Shown here: positions 22,997-34,119 of the stretch, piece after piece
Layout of the letters: every line of letters begins with the position of its first letter
How positions within the stretch are numbered: position 1 is the stretch's first letter
NCBI GenBank assembly: GCA_964016885.1
Contig: OZ024744.1
Span: forward strand, 57,474,001-57,538,000
Direction of reading: 5' to 3'
Source of the DNA: Eledone cirrhosa
Lineage: Eukaryota
DNA: 64,000 nt
The notes under the pieces: model-generated
Told to the model about the DNA's origin: nothing
The model's input: only the letters and a program-made list of their open reading frames with translations
Database searches by the model: none
Made by a program: the position numbers and the translations under genes

Positions 22997-23369
22997 TTTT
23001 CTGGTTACAGTAACTGTACATAATTTTCAATGCTTGGAATCTGATGTTTTTCTAGTTCTTATGTAAATGCATGGTAAAGAATCAGACACTAAGATACATA
23101 GAATTTAAATGACATTTGGAAATCTGTTGCCCAAAAATTTGTTTGCCCCAGAATGTACACAAAAAATGAGAGTTTTGCAGCATTAGATACCTAATCAAAA
23201 CATCTCAATATTTAACTCTTCCACTACCATATTTCTTATATGATTTTCAAATAATTTTGAAAACAATAAAGAATTTAAAGGGGATTTAGTAATTTAACTA
23301 ACTTCCTTCTTAAGCTAGTGTTTGGAACATAAAGGTTCTTATATAAAATTATGATAGGTTTTTAGGTCA

Positions 23370-23850
23370 GTAGGCATCTCTATCAAAACACACCCCCGTC
23401 CCACCACCTCCACCCCACCCACACCACCCCTTTCAATGTAAAGTTATGTTGGTCCACAACATCCAGGCCGAAACAAATGAGATCGTGTAGGTGTCACGAC
23501 AAAAAACACACAGTCCACGCTGTAAATGTGGCCGTGTAGGCAACACGGTAAAAACCTCCCAGCCCCACACTGTAAATGTGGTTGGTGTTAGGAAGGGCAT
23601 CCAGCTGTAGAAAACCCGCCAGACAGTCCACGCTGTAATGTGGCCGTGTAGGCAACACGGTAAAAACCTCCCAGCCCCACACTGTAAATGTGGTTGGTGT
23701 TAGGAAGGGCATCCAACTGTAGAAAACCCGCCAGACAGTCCTATGCGAGCAAGACAACCACTCTTGCCTCAAGTGGGAAAACCCCCGTCCAAACCCATGC
23801 AAGCGTGGAACACGGACGCTAAACCTGATGATGATGATGATGATGATGAT
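23370..23850 (+). mobile_element. RTE family C 3' UTR fragment with an internal ~113-bp tandem duplication; (GAT)n tail
   Basis: Matches 6335-6711. The block CAGTCCACGCTGTAA...AAAACCCGCCAGA occurs twice. Confidence 0.9.
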
Positions 23851-23879
23851 AAACATCTTAAAATAAATAGCTTGGCATC

Positions 23880-24066
23880 ATAAAATCAGGAGCAGTTTCA
23901 TTTTGTTTGCTATTAAAAGAGTTAAAATTGTAAAGCCTAAATGTCTTATCAACAATTTTAAAAGACCCAATTTCTCTTTTAATCTGGAAATGATCTGAAT
24001 TTGGATAAGTATTTGTAACACTTATTTTAGGTTCTTTTATAAAAACTAAATCTAAAATATTGTCTA
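23880..24066 (-). mobile_element. CR1/L2/Jockey-group LINE endonuclease C-terminal fragment
   Basis: DNILDLVF...NSDHFQI...LYNF in ORF 23858-24076. Confidence 0.55.
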
Positions 24067-24489
24067 ACATAGGCACAAGGCTTTTTGTGGGGAGGGGTGA
24101 AGTGGGCAGTTGAAAACACAGACACGCAAGATTAATTTGTTATCTTGAGCTGATATCTGGTTCTCACATATATGGTGTCTGATCAGCAGCATGCAGGGCT
24201 CAAGTATAAGGCCTAATATACTGAGAAATATTATGAGAAAGGAAAACATTTTGAATATATAAACACAAATGAAACATGAAATAAATGCATAATTCGATTT
24301 TAATATAAATCAATTAAATTTATTAAGTTCTTTTCCCCCAAATGATGCCCCCATCCTAAGGATGCCTGGGGCCAACGCACTGTGCCCACTCCCTTGCATG
24401 CTACTGTGTCTGATGTTAAAATTATGACCAGTTGATAATATCTGCATCAGACAACTAGGATCATTGTGCATGGGTAGTCTCTGAAAATT

Positions 24490-24742
24490 TCTAGGTGTCA
24501 TAACAAAAGGCATCCAGTTCACACTGTAAGGTGGTCGTGTAAGAGTTACAACAAAAATAACACTCAGCACACACTGTAAATGTGGTTGGCATGAGGAAGG
24601 GCATCTTACCATAGAAATTTAGCCAGAAACAGTTCTATATGAGCAAGACATGGAGACCTGAGCCAACTTGCCTCAAATGGCACAACCCGTCTAACCTATG
24701 CTAGTGTGGAAAGTGGACGTCAAACGATGATGATGATGATGA
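24490..24742 (+). mobile_element. RTE-tail-derived element
   Basis: GTGGTTGGCATGAGGAAGGGCATC module, then GGAAAGTGGACGTCAAAC-(GAT)n. Confidence 0.8.
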
Positions 24743-24834
24743 CACAAACTGAAAGTAGCTGAACTCATCCTGGATGAGCAACAACACAAGTACAAATACA
24801 CAGTATAAAATATATTCTTTCCAATGCTTGGAAA

Positions 24835-25265
24835 GTTCCATAGAAGTAAATGATAGCTTCTGTTATCTAGGTGACCTAATTAGCAGTGGTGGGAATGATC
24901 TGAAAACATAGTAATCAGAATAAAAAACAGGGTTGAAAAAATTCTTTAAGCTATTATTAACTTTTCTAACAACAAATGAAATCTTTCTCTGAGTAAAGAG
25001 TAGATTCTGTGATGCATATGTACAAAATGTGATCTTGGATGGTAATGAAACATGGGCAATGAATGCAGGATATGTGTGAAAGACAGAAAGAAATGAAATG
25101 AGCATGCACTGAAGAATGTGTTACATTAGAGTGAATGAATAACAAGGCACAGATGAGTCGAGAGAAAAACTGGTATAAGGGGAATTAAATATTGAGTACA
25201 AGAGGGAAGACTGCACTGGTACGGACATGTAATGTATATAGATGATGACATTTGGGTAAAGTGTC
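24835..25265 (+). mobile_element. Old RTE ORF C-terminal fragment
   Basis: GATAGCTTCTGTTATCTAGGTGAC (DSFCYLGD) and AGACTGCACTGGTACGGACATGT (RLHWYGHV), with many stops. Confidence 0.8.
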
Positions 25266-25269
25266 TATA

Positions 25270-25432
25270 TTCACATTTGTGTCCATTTTATGTCTCGTAA
25301 CTAAGCCGTTCGACAAAAAGAAATCGATAAAAATTCCAGACTTAAGAAAATAAGTAGCCGGGTCGATGATAAATAAATTCTGCCGGAAGTACTCCGGCAT
25401 GGCAGTCAAATGACTGAAACCAGTAAAAGAAT
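25270..25432 (+). mobile_element. SINE 3' half (family ending GACTGAAACCAGTAAAAGAATA)
   Basis: Similar 3' ends at ~29520, 37430, 47000 and 54050. Confidence 0.7.
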
Positions 25433-25654
25433 ATATACATATATACATGCATACACACACACACACACACTTAGACATTTGAAAGTTATTTTTTCTTCAT
25501 TTCGAAATATGAACGATGGTTCATTCTTTGTTATCGGAAACATGGAACATAAACGACAGATTTGCAGAAGCACTATGGAATTCTAAAAAAAAAAATAAAT
25601 AAAATAAAAAAAAAATAAATAAAAATCGGGAGCAATATCAACTTTAAATATTTT

Positions 25655-25740
25655 TTTAACAGTTACGTCATCCACCGGTTTTACATCACTTCTTTAGAAA
25701 ACAAACATGGCGACTACCAGTGAAAGAGCTTTCTGAATAT
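25655..25740 (+). promoter_or_regulatory. Candidate core promoter / TSS of a host gene
   Basis: CRE/ATF-like TTACGTCA (25663-25670), ACCGGT and YY1-type AAACATGGCG (25703-25712), at the start of a ~1.8-kb TE-free, CpG-retaining stretch. Confidence 0.45.
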
Positions 25741-26551
25741 TTTCATCACTTTATACCTAACTACACACACACATACACACACACACATATATATATATAT
25801 ATGTGTGTACGTGTTAGTCGTGTGTGTGTATAAATATATATCTCTAAATATATATATTATACACGAAGCAAAGAACGACATTTTGAAATTGGTGTAAAGT
25901 TTTCAACAAAGTTCTTAAGGCATTTCTTTACATTCAACTAACAGGGTTCAAAATTACCTCTACCTCATCCAGGAAAAGTTGTGTATTAAGTAGGCCTATC
26001 TTCTTTCCTTTTACTTCTTAAATTGAAAAAAAAAAAGACAAAAAAAATTAAATAATAAAGAAAAAGTATTTCTTCAATTAAAAAAATATAGTGAAAGATA
26101 CTATATTTTGAGAGAAAAAGGAAACACACACAAACACTCACCAACAAAATGAAAGAAAACCAAGAAAGATGAATCTTACAACTTTATTGTTTTGTCGTGG
26201 TTAAATATACATACATACATACATATATACACATTATATATATATATACACACACACATATATACATATATATATTTATGAATGTATGTCTGTATATATC
26301 GATGTAAGAAGTTTGATAGCGACATTACATATCTTGACTGAGTCATTAAACAATATCCTTCAATTTGAATCGGTAAGCAGGTATTTTCTCGTTATTATAA
26401 ATATCTTCCTTAGAACGGAAGCATTAGCTGAGGACGCCCAAGTTTTTTTTTTTCCTTTTCTTTTTGATTTTTGTAATTTTTTTTGTTATTCTTTTTATTA
26501 CGGAACTCAAAGAGTTCTCTTTCGACCAAGGAAGCAGAAAATGTTACCACA

Positions 26552-26619
26552 ATGCTAATCTCAGCTTTGTTTTTCAATTCATCGAAGGAAACGTTTGCTG
26601 ATTTATTTTGCAGCATTTT
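26552..26619 (+). CDS. Candidate first coding exon (MLISALFFNSSKETFADLFCSI...)
   Basis: ATG in ACAATG context, open to a GTAAGT donor at 26620, downstream of the promoter-like motifs. No homology recognised. Confidence 0.22.
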
Positions 26620-26636
26620 GTAAGTAAATAGTTGAA

Positions 26637-26693
<57 letters not shown>

Positions 26694-27104
26694 ATAAACT
26701 TTAATATAATTTTATTCCATCTTTTTTCCCCCTTGTCATTAAGTTTCTTCAACAACTTAGGGTCTTTCACATCTCGTTGACAATGGAAATATTTTAATTA
26801 TGTTTAACCCTTTCGGACCTAAATATGTAATATATATAGAGAGAGATGTATTTAGAAATGAAAGTCAGGAAAAGAAAAAGAAAAATATCAATTAACTCTG
26901 TTGAACGGTAAAACTCGATAGCTGAAACCAAAGTTGAGTTATTGAAACGGTTTAAGTCAATGTCAAAGGTCAGATAAATCTTTGTTACGTCACTTCAACT
27001 GTGGAGGCGTTTTTTTTATTCGTATTTTACCGTTTATATATGTTAGACCGTTAAACTCTTTTATTAACTCTTGTAATTATATTTGGATTAATAAGAGAAA
27101 CTAA

Positions 27105-27204
27105 CACTACCACCACCACCACCACCACCACAACTACTACTACTATCACTATCACTACTACCACTACTACTACTACTATCACTACTACTACTACTACTAC
27201 TACT
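27105..27204. repeat. (CAC)n/(TAC)n microsatellite
   Basis: Direct inspection. Confidence 0.9.
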
Positions 27205-27367
27205 TCATCGTGAACATTATTTAACACGTTATTTTGAATTATTTGTTTATATACATATATGGTTACATTTGAAAGACCAGAAGAAAAAATAAAGGAGAAA
27301 ATAATTTGAGGTCTTTATATATTTCTTTATCAATTTATTCGGTAAGTTTATTTCAATGTTTTATTCA

Positions 27368-27407
<40 letters not shown>

Positions 27408-27604
27408 TCTTTTAAAATTGTGTTGATTAATTGTTTGAAAGTATTAGGCGATTGTTGAGATTAGCGCCTCAGTCACTGTGATACCAGCTATAGTTTAACA
27501 AAAGTGAAAGTGAAAGAACGTTGTATAAAATAAACATCAGTCAAGTACTGGAGTCGATGTAATCGACTTTCCCCCTTGCCCCTAAAATTGCTGGCCTTGT
27601 TCCT

Positions 27605-27980
27605 GTGTTTGCTCTGGTTGTATATGTAGGAACTCTTGTGTATTGCTTTGCATTGGGGGAGGGAGCTCTGGGTTCTAGTGTTAATTTATGTTTGTAGGGA
27701 CTCCAGTAAATTGCTTTGCATGGGGGACCACATGTCTAGGGTCACTAGGTCTAGTGACCCAATGTTAATCTATATATGCTGTGGTTGTGTTGGTGTACTG
27801 CTTTGTATGGGAGCTCATGGGGTCAAGGGTTCTATGCTAATCTATGTATTCTGCAATTGTGTATGTAAGGACTCTAGTGCATGGGTTTGCATGAGGGGAG
27901 GGAGCACTGGGTCTATGGGCCGAATACTAATCTTTAAATGCTATGATTGTGTATGTAGGGACTCCAGTGTATTGCTTTTC
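27605..27980. repeat. Degenerate ~60-80-bp minisatellite (TGTAGGGACTCYAGTG..TTGCTTTGCATGGGGG...GGGTCTA...GTTAATCTAT), about 5 units
   Basis: Recurrent blocks at ~27624, 27692, 27863 and 27954. Confidence 0.7.
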
Positions 27981-28569
27981 CTCAGGGCTGATAATATTTT
28001 TAAGATGGCTCTATACCTACTCCTCTACCACTCCACTGTTTCAAATAATTATATAGCAGTTTCATTCACCTTCATATCAAGATGTTTGGCTCCCACCTGA
28101 TAGCACTAAGAACTATTTGTAGAGGGGTGCGTCACAATTCTTTTGTAATTCTGTAATTTTAACCTTCAGGGCTGTACATGTCTGGCAAGTGACTTAATCT
28201 GAAAAAGTGAGCTAAAACTAAAGCAATTACATCTTGAATGGCTAAAATTACTCTTCCATGATGTAATTGTTGTAATTTTAACATTCCACATGTAATAAAA
28301 AACAGAACAACTGTAACAAAAACTCGTGTTTTATTTTCCTGTGATCTCCATCAGCGATTTGGTGTCATTTCCCGGTTGTGGTAGACATTTTATTTCTCAG
28401 TTTAATTGTTAAAGTGACAGACTAAAATGTCTTGTTATGTCACTCACTTCAAATTTCAAATTTATGCTTCCATGCTTGGTATAACTACAGTTTACCATCC
28501 CTGACTTTATTTTTTCATAACATTTTAATAATGCAATTTTTTTAAATGACTGATAACCTTCCTTGTGCC

Positions 28570-29010
28570 TATGATACAATAAAATGCACTCAATACACTC
28601 TGTAAAATGGTTAGTGTTAGGAAGAGCTTTCAACCATGGAAGCCATTTCAAATAGGCTTGGAGGACCCTTCAATCATAACACAACAACCTAGTGCTAGTG
28701 TTAAGAAGAGCTTCCAACCATGGACACCATGTCAAATAGTGCTGAGAGGATCCTTCAGTCATTACAACAACCTCACTACTGTCAGTACCATGAAAAATGC
28801 ATATGTGTACTCTGTAAGATGGTTGATGATAGGGTGTCCAGTTGTAGAAACCATGCCCTAAAAAGGGTTGAGAGGACTCTTCAGTTATGTCTCAGGCACA
28901 AAAAGCTCTTTAGTGTTGGTGATCTGATAAAACACATTTAGTACACTTTGTAAAGTGGTTGGTAGTAGGAAGGGTATCCAACTGTAGAAAACTTGCACAA
29001 CAAAGAGTAG
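28570..29010 (+). repeat. Degenerate tandem copies of the RTE/SINE module TGTAAAGTGGTTGGTGTTAGGAAGGGCATCCA
   Basis: About four diverged copies at ~28600, 28695, 28812 and 28948. Confidence 0.65.
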
Positions 29011-29187
29011 AGAGGATGCTTCACTTGTATCAAAGACATGAAAGACCTCTGAAGAGTGCTGGACCAAATGTAAGCAAGATGTAGCCCTGGACTGTCTGAG
29101 AGATCAGTAGCTCTAATTAGGTACTGATATGGTCTATGATGACCCATCTGACCCTTGCTAGTTAATATTCTATTAAATATTTTGAAG

Positions 29188-29545
29188 ATAGGCACAGGCA
29201 TAATTGTGTGGTAAGGAGTTTGTTTTGCATCCATATGGTTCTGGGTTGACTCCTACTGCATGGCACCTTGGGCAAGTGTTTCTCACTATACCTTTGGGTT
29301 GATCAATGCCTTGTAAATGGAATTTGATAGAAGGAAACTCCAGAACCTCATTGTATATAGTTATGTGTGTGTGTGCTCATATCTGTGTTTATGTCCTATA
29401 ACCTCATGGTTCAACAAAGAGATTGACAAGATAAATACCAGGCTTGAAAATTATAAGTACTAAGGTTGATATGATCGGCTAAATCCATTTAAGGCCTAAG
29501 CTTAGCTGCAGTCTAACGACTGAAACCAGTAAAGAATAAAAGAAA
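29188..29545 (+). mobile_element. Full-length tRNA-derived SINE with a CORE-like central block
   Basis: Head TGTGTGGTAAGGAG...GGGTTGACTCC, then GGCACCTTGGGCAAGTGT, and 3' end GACTGAAACCAGTAAAGAATAAAAG. Confidence 0.8.
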
Positions 29546-30860
29546 AAGTCAGGGAAGGGTAGAATTAAATCAGCTTTGGGGAGTTTATCTTTATCCATGT
29601 TATATTCATCAATATACAGTAATGATTCTACCTACATCAGTGTTTTATTCATTGTTCTGTGGTACTGATTACACACATTACTCTGTGGTACACATAGGTG
29701 ATCTTTAAGTAGTTTTGCTACAGAAACAACTAGTTAGAGTTAACTAGGTATGAAATGGCAGCCACTTGATTGCTTCTCGTGTACCCACCCCTATCAACTT
29801 GGCTATCCACACTCTCTATCACAGCTGTATATTGGCCCTGTTATATTCATATATGTAAAGCTCAAATGTATTAACTGCAATGGGTCCATCTATTTTTATC
29901 AGCAACTTGTTTCCTCTCGTATGACTTGCCACCATCAAGAAAGTCAGAAGGTGGGTGGGCATATGTAGTGTGTATTAGGTGTATATATTAAGGGTGTATG
30001 CTCTAATAGACTTTCACTCTATATTCATTTTATATTTTATGCAATGCAATATATTGTCTCATGAGATTATTAAGCAACTCTACATTAAAATAATGCTCAT
30101 CACATTCTTTTTCTTTACTCACCAATCTATATTTAATGTGTACTGCTAATCTCGACCCTCTACCTACTGTGTGTGCGTATGTGTAAACAAAGAGTAAAAT
30201 GAAAATTCCAGGGTAGAACGTGCTATGTATGAAGTATATACTTAAAACTAGAGTCTTGCTGTCAGAATATGGTGAGTGGAGAAGAGTTTCAATCAACTGA
30301 GGCTATCCTTACAATTTCAAAACAGAATCTCCCTTTAGAGTGATGAAGTTATGATAAGCAAGCAAGGAAGACTTAGTTTCCCAATAGCCTAAGCTGATCT
30401 AAGATGGCGTGTTGTCTTCGAATTAATTCTATTTTCTGTTTGTTTATGTTTGCCATAATCCAGTAATTGATAACTTAATCTTTGCAATTTACATGTAATG
30501 GTGTCACCAAAAGTCTTACATCATGATATGATAGCATAAGCAGGCCATAGAATTACATGCTGTAATTTTTGCATTGGAATCAAGCATTCTGTTTTCATTG
30601 CAACCAATTAATTCTGGGTTCAGTCCAACAGTATCGCACCTTAAGTTGGCCAATGCCTTGTGAATAGAATTAGGTAGATGCAGATCTTTCTCTCTCTCAG
30701 TAGGGAACGTGAATGTTAAAACAACAATGATGATATATATATATATATATATACATATATTTGTGCGTATGTGTGTATGTATGTAAATATATACATGTGT
30801 GTATATATTATATATAAATATGTATGTATATATATATGTGTGTGTATTCATATATGTATG

Positions 30861-31200
30861 TCATCATCATCATCATCACCGTTTTACGTCCGTTCTTCCA
30901 CGCTTGTCCTGTTGTGGGCAGTGTCCGGTCGGCTGATCTTGTCTTGCTCATAGAGGAATTGATTCTGATTGATTTTTACAGTTGGATGCCCTTCCTAACA
31001 CGAACCTCATTTACATTTGCAATTGGGTAAGATCGGCTTTTATCACCTCATCCCAGGTCTTCCTGGGTCTCCCCACTCCACGGCTTCCATCGACTTCTAG
31101 TGCTCTGCACCTTTTTATGCAGATGTCATCCTTCATACGCATCACATGTCCATACCAATGCAACCTCATCTCCTGCACACAGCATTTGATTCCTCTTATG
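30861..31200 (-). mobile_element. RTE family B 3' fragment with an internal deletion of roughly 220 bp
   Basis: Matches 61141-61710 but jumps at ~31017 from the 3' UTR to the ORF end (RLHWYGHV...GRPRKTWDEVIKAD). Confidence 0.9.
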
Positions 31201-31225
31201 GTATGTATATATATATATATATATA

Positions 31226-32690
31226 TCATCATCATCATCATTTTACGTCCGCTTTTCCCTGCTTGCAAGGGTGGGACGGGTCTTATTCAGCACAGCATCT
31301 CTGTGAGCTTCAATGATCTGAGGTCTGTTCTCACCACCTCTGCCCATGTTTTTCGTGGTCTACCTCTACCACGTCTTCCTTCAACTGGCAATTCCTGGCA
31401 CTTCTTCACCCATCGGTCATCTTCCATGCGCATCACATGTCCATACCACCTCAGTCTCCTCTCCCGTACACTACATTCTATCCCTCTCAGACACAGTTTC
31501 TCTCTCAACACATTTATGCTGGGTTGTTCATGCACATTTACACTGCACATCCAACGGAGCATGCTTGCCTCATTTCTCTCCAGCCATCGCATATCCTCTG
31601 CAGTTGCTGCCCATGTCTCACTACCATACAACATAGCACTCCTCACACAGGCATCATACAACCGGCCTTTCGTACGCAGGGAGAAACCCTTCTTCGTCAA
31701 CAGAGGAAGCAGCTCCCTAAACTTCTTCCAACCCGTCCTTATTCTAGATACTATGGCCTTGGAACACCCTCCTCCCATGCTAATCTGATCTCCTAGGTAC
31801 CGGAAGCTATCCACCACTTCTATAGCGCCCTCCTGCATTTGAAAAATGTGTCTATCAATGCGACTTCTACTGTCTAAATTCCCTGTACATCTACTGCATA
31901 CATATTTCTCCCTACCTGTTAGTTTGCCTGCTATCCCGCTACATCTCTTGTGTACCCAGGATCTGCATTGTGTGCATTTTATAGAATTTATGCCAGTTCC
32001 TTTTCTGCATATCGAACATGGCCATTTCCCTGACGGAATCAGGGTTTTGTCCTCTTTTCTACTCATCAACACTTTTGTCTTAGCTAGATTCACCCTCAGT
32101 CCTCTTGCTTCCAACTGCTGTTTCCATAGCCAGAATTTATTCTCTAGCTCATCTACTGATTCTGCTATAAGAATCAGATTGTCAGCATAGAGAAGTTCCC
32201 ATGGACAGCCAGTCTTAAACTCCTCTGTTATGGCTTGGAGGACTATAATGAACAAGAGCGGGCTGAGGACCGAACCCTGATGTACTCCTACTTGTATCTG
32301 GAATTCCTCACTAAACTCCATTCCGACCCTGACTTTACTGAGAGTACCTCTGTACAAAGTTTGCACTGTCCTCACAAACCATTCCTCAACACCTAGTTTC
32401 CTTAGGGAACACCAGATGACAGATCGGGGTACCCTATCAAAGGCCTTCTCTAGGTCAACAAAGGCTAAGTATAGTGGCTTATTCTTCTCTAAGAACCTCT
32501 CTTGCAATAGTCTCACCAAGAAGAGGGCATCTGTTGTACTCTTCCCAGGCACAAAACCAAACTGCATCTCATCTAGTTTGACCCTTTCTCTAATTAGTTG
32601 TGCTAAAATCCTTTCTGCCACTTTCATAACCTGATCTATCAGTTTTATACCCCTATAATTGCTCCTCTCCAAAGCATCCCCTTTACCCTT
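31226..32690 (-). mobile_element. RTE family A, 5'-truncated, with an uninterrupted RT-PHD-thumb frame
   Basis: ORF 31287-32774 (RT motifs; YADD site reads YADN); (GAT)n tail; both ends sit in (TA)n. Confidence 0.96.
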
Positions 32691-34119
32691 ATATATATAT
32701 ATATTTATGTGTGTGTGTATGTAAAGAGGTATATGAAGCTTATCGAAGAGAATTGACTCAGCCTTGGTTTTCATTCACTCAATGGTATAATTAGTTTTGT
32801 ATTATTAAAAATACAAACTCATTACTCAGTGTGCACACATTCGTTAATATGTAAGAAAAATGACTTCTTGTGATTATGATAACATATCAAACTCCAAGAC
32901 TTAGTTTCTACAATTCCAATCTGTTAACAATAGTCTGACTGTAACCACTTTTCAAAGAAATTAGGTAATGTCAGAAAATATTACATAATTTGGCTCAAAA
33001 TTACTTCCTCGGCAGGTATTAGATCCCCAGGAGGAAAGGTCCATTCAATCAGATAGTACACAGCAGTGATGGTCATGACTAAATGTAGTGGTAAACCTAG
33101 ACTGTATATACTATACATCAATATAATCACCGTTTAACGTCCATTTTTCCATGCTAGCATAGATTAGACGAGTTGTCCACTGGGTGATTTTTGTCACAAC
33201 CACTTTATAGTGTGAGCTGGGCACTTTATATATGTATATGTGTGTATATATATATATATATTAATTTCCACCTGTTTGTTGGATCGCAAATGTTGTTAGA
33301 ACTCAATGTGGCTTTGAAGAGATGTTTTCAATGAGATTAGGTGGTGAGTACTATAGTTTTTGTGGTGTAGGTGCTTATCGTGTAAGATTTCCTTGAAGAA
33401 TCTGCTCAAGTTACAGAGTACTTTATATATGTGTGTATTGAACAACAAAAATAAAAAAATAATCGATATTTCATCCTCCACGATCAATCAACACTCACTC
33501 TGAAACAATTGTAAAACAATGAACTAATTAACTCCCTATCTCTAATTTTTGTTTTATTTTCATTGTTCACATACACACCTATGTATATGTATTTTAAAAA
33601 AAATATATATATATACACATATCTCTTTCTCTGTATATATGTATGTATGTAAAAGCATATACTATATGTTTATTGTACATAAATGTATAGTATATGCTTT
33701 CATATACACCCCTATTATGCTTAAAGCTATATATAGCTTGTTTTATTTCTAACTATATATGATCCTTTTATACATAACTCTGTCATATAACTCTTCTCTA
33801 AGGTTCATTTCGCCCCCCCCCCCCCCTCTCTACGTTGTATGGCTCTTCCTCTTTCTCTTTCATATTTTCCTGTCTTCACTCCATTTATTTATTCAAAAGT
33901 TTAACTCTAGCTACTCCTATTACAATTGGTGTCTCTGGCCTGTTCAACCCCCCTGCCACTTACTACCATAATCCCCTAGACCAATCAAACCACAGCAGCA
34001 CAAATATGTTGTAGCTCTTGACTCAATGTATATCACAGTAACTACTACTACTACTTTGTGTTTTGTATGCTTGTTGTTTTGTATGGCAAATGGACTACAA
34101 ACTTGGAGCATTCCTAAAT

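Noticed and set aside
29188-29270. tRNA genes at SINE heads (also 51440-51630 and 60838-60920)
   Set aside because: A/B-box-like motifs only, with no complete cloverleaf, and they continue into SINE bodies.
30982-31788. 268-aa plus-strand ORF (and similar ORFs at 12916, 55016, 61626 and 62199)
   Set aside because: Antisense shadows of RTE coding sequence; this one also crosses element boundaries and a microsatellite.
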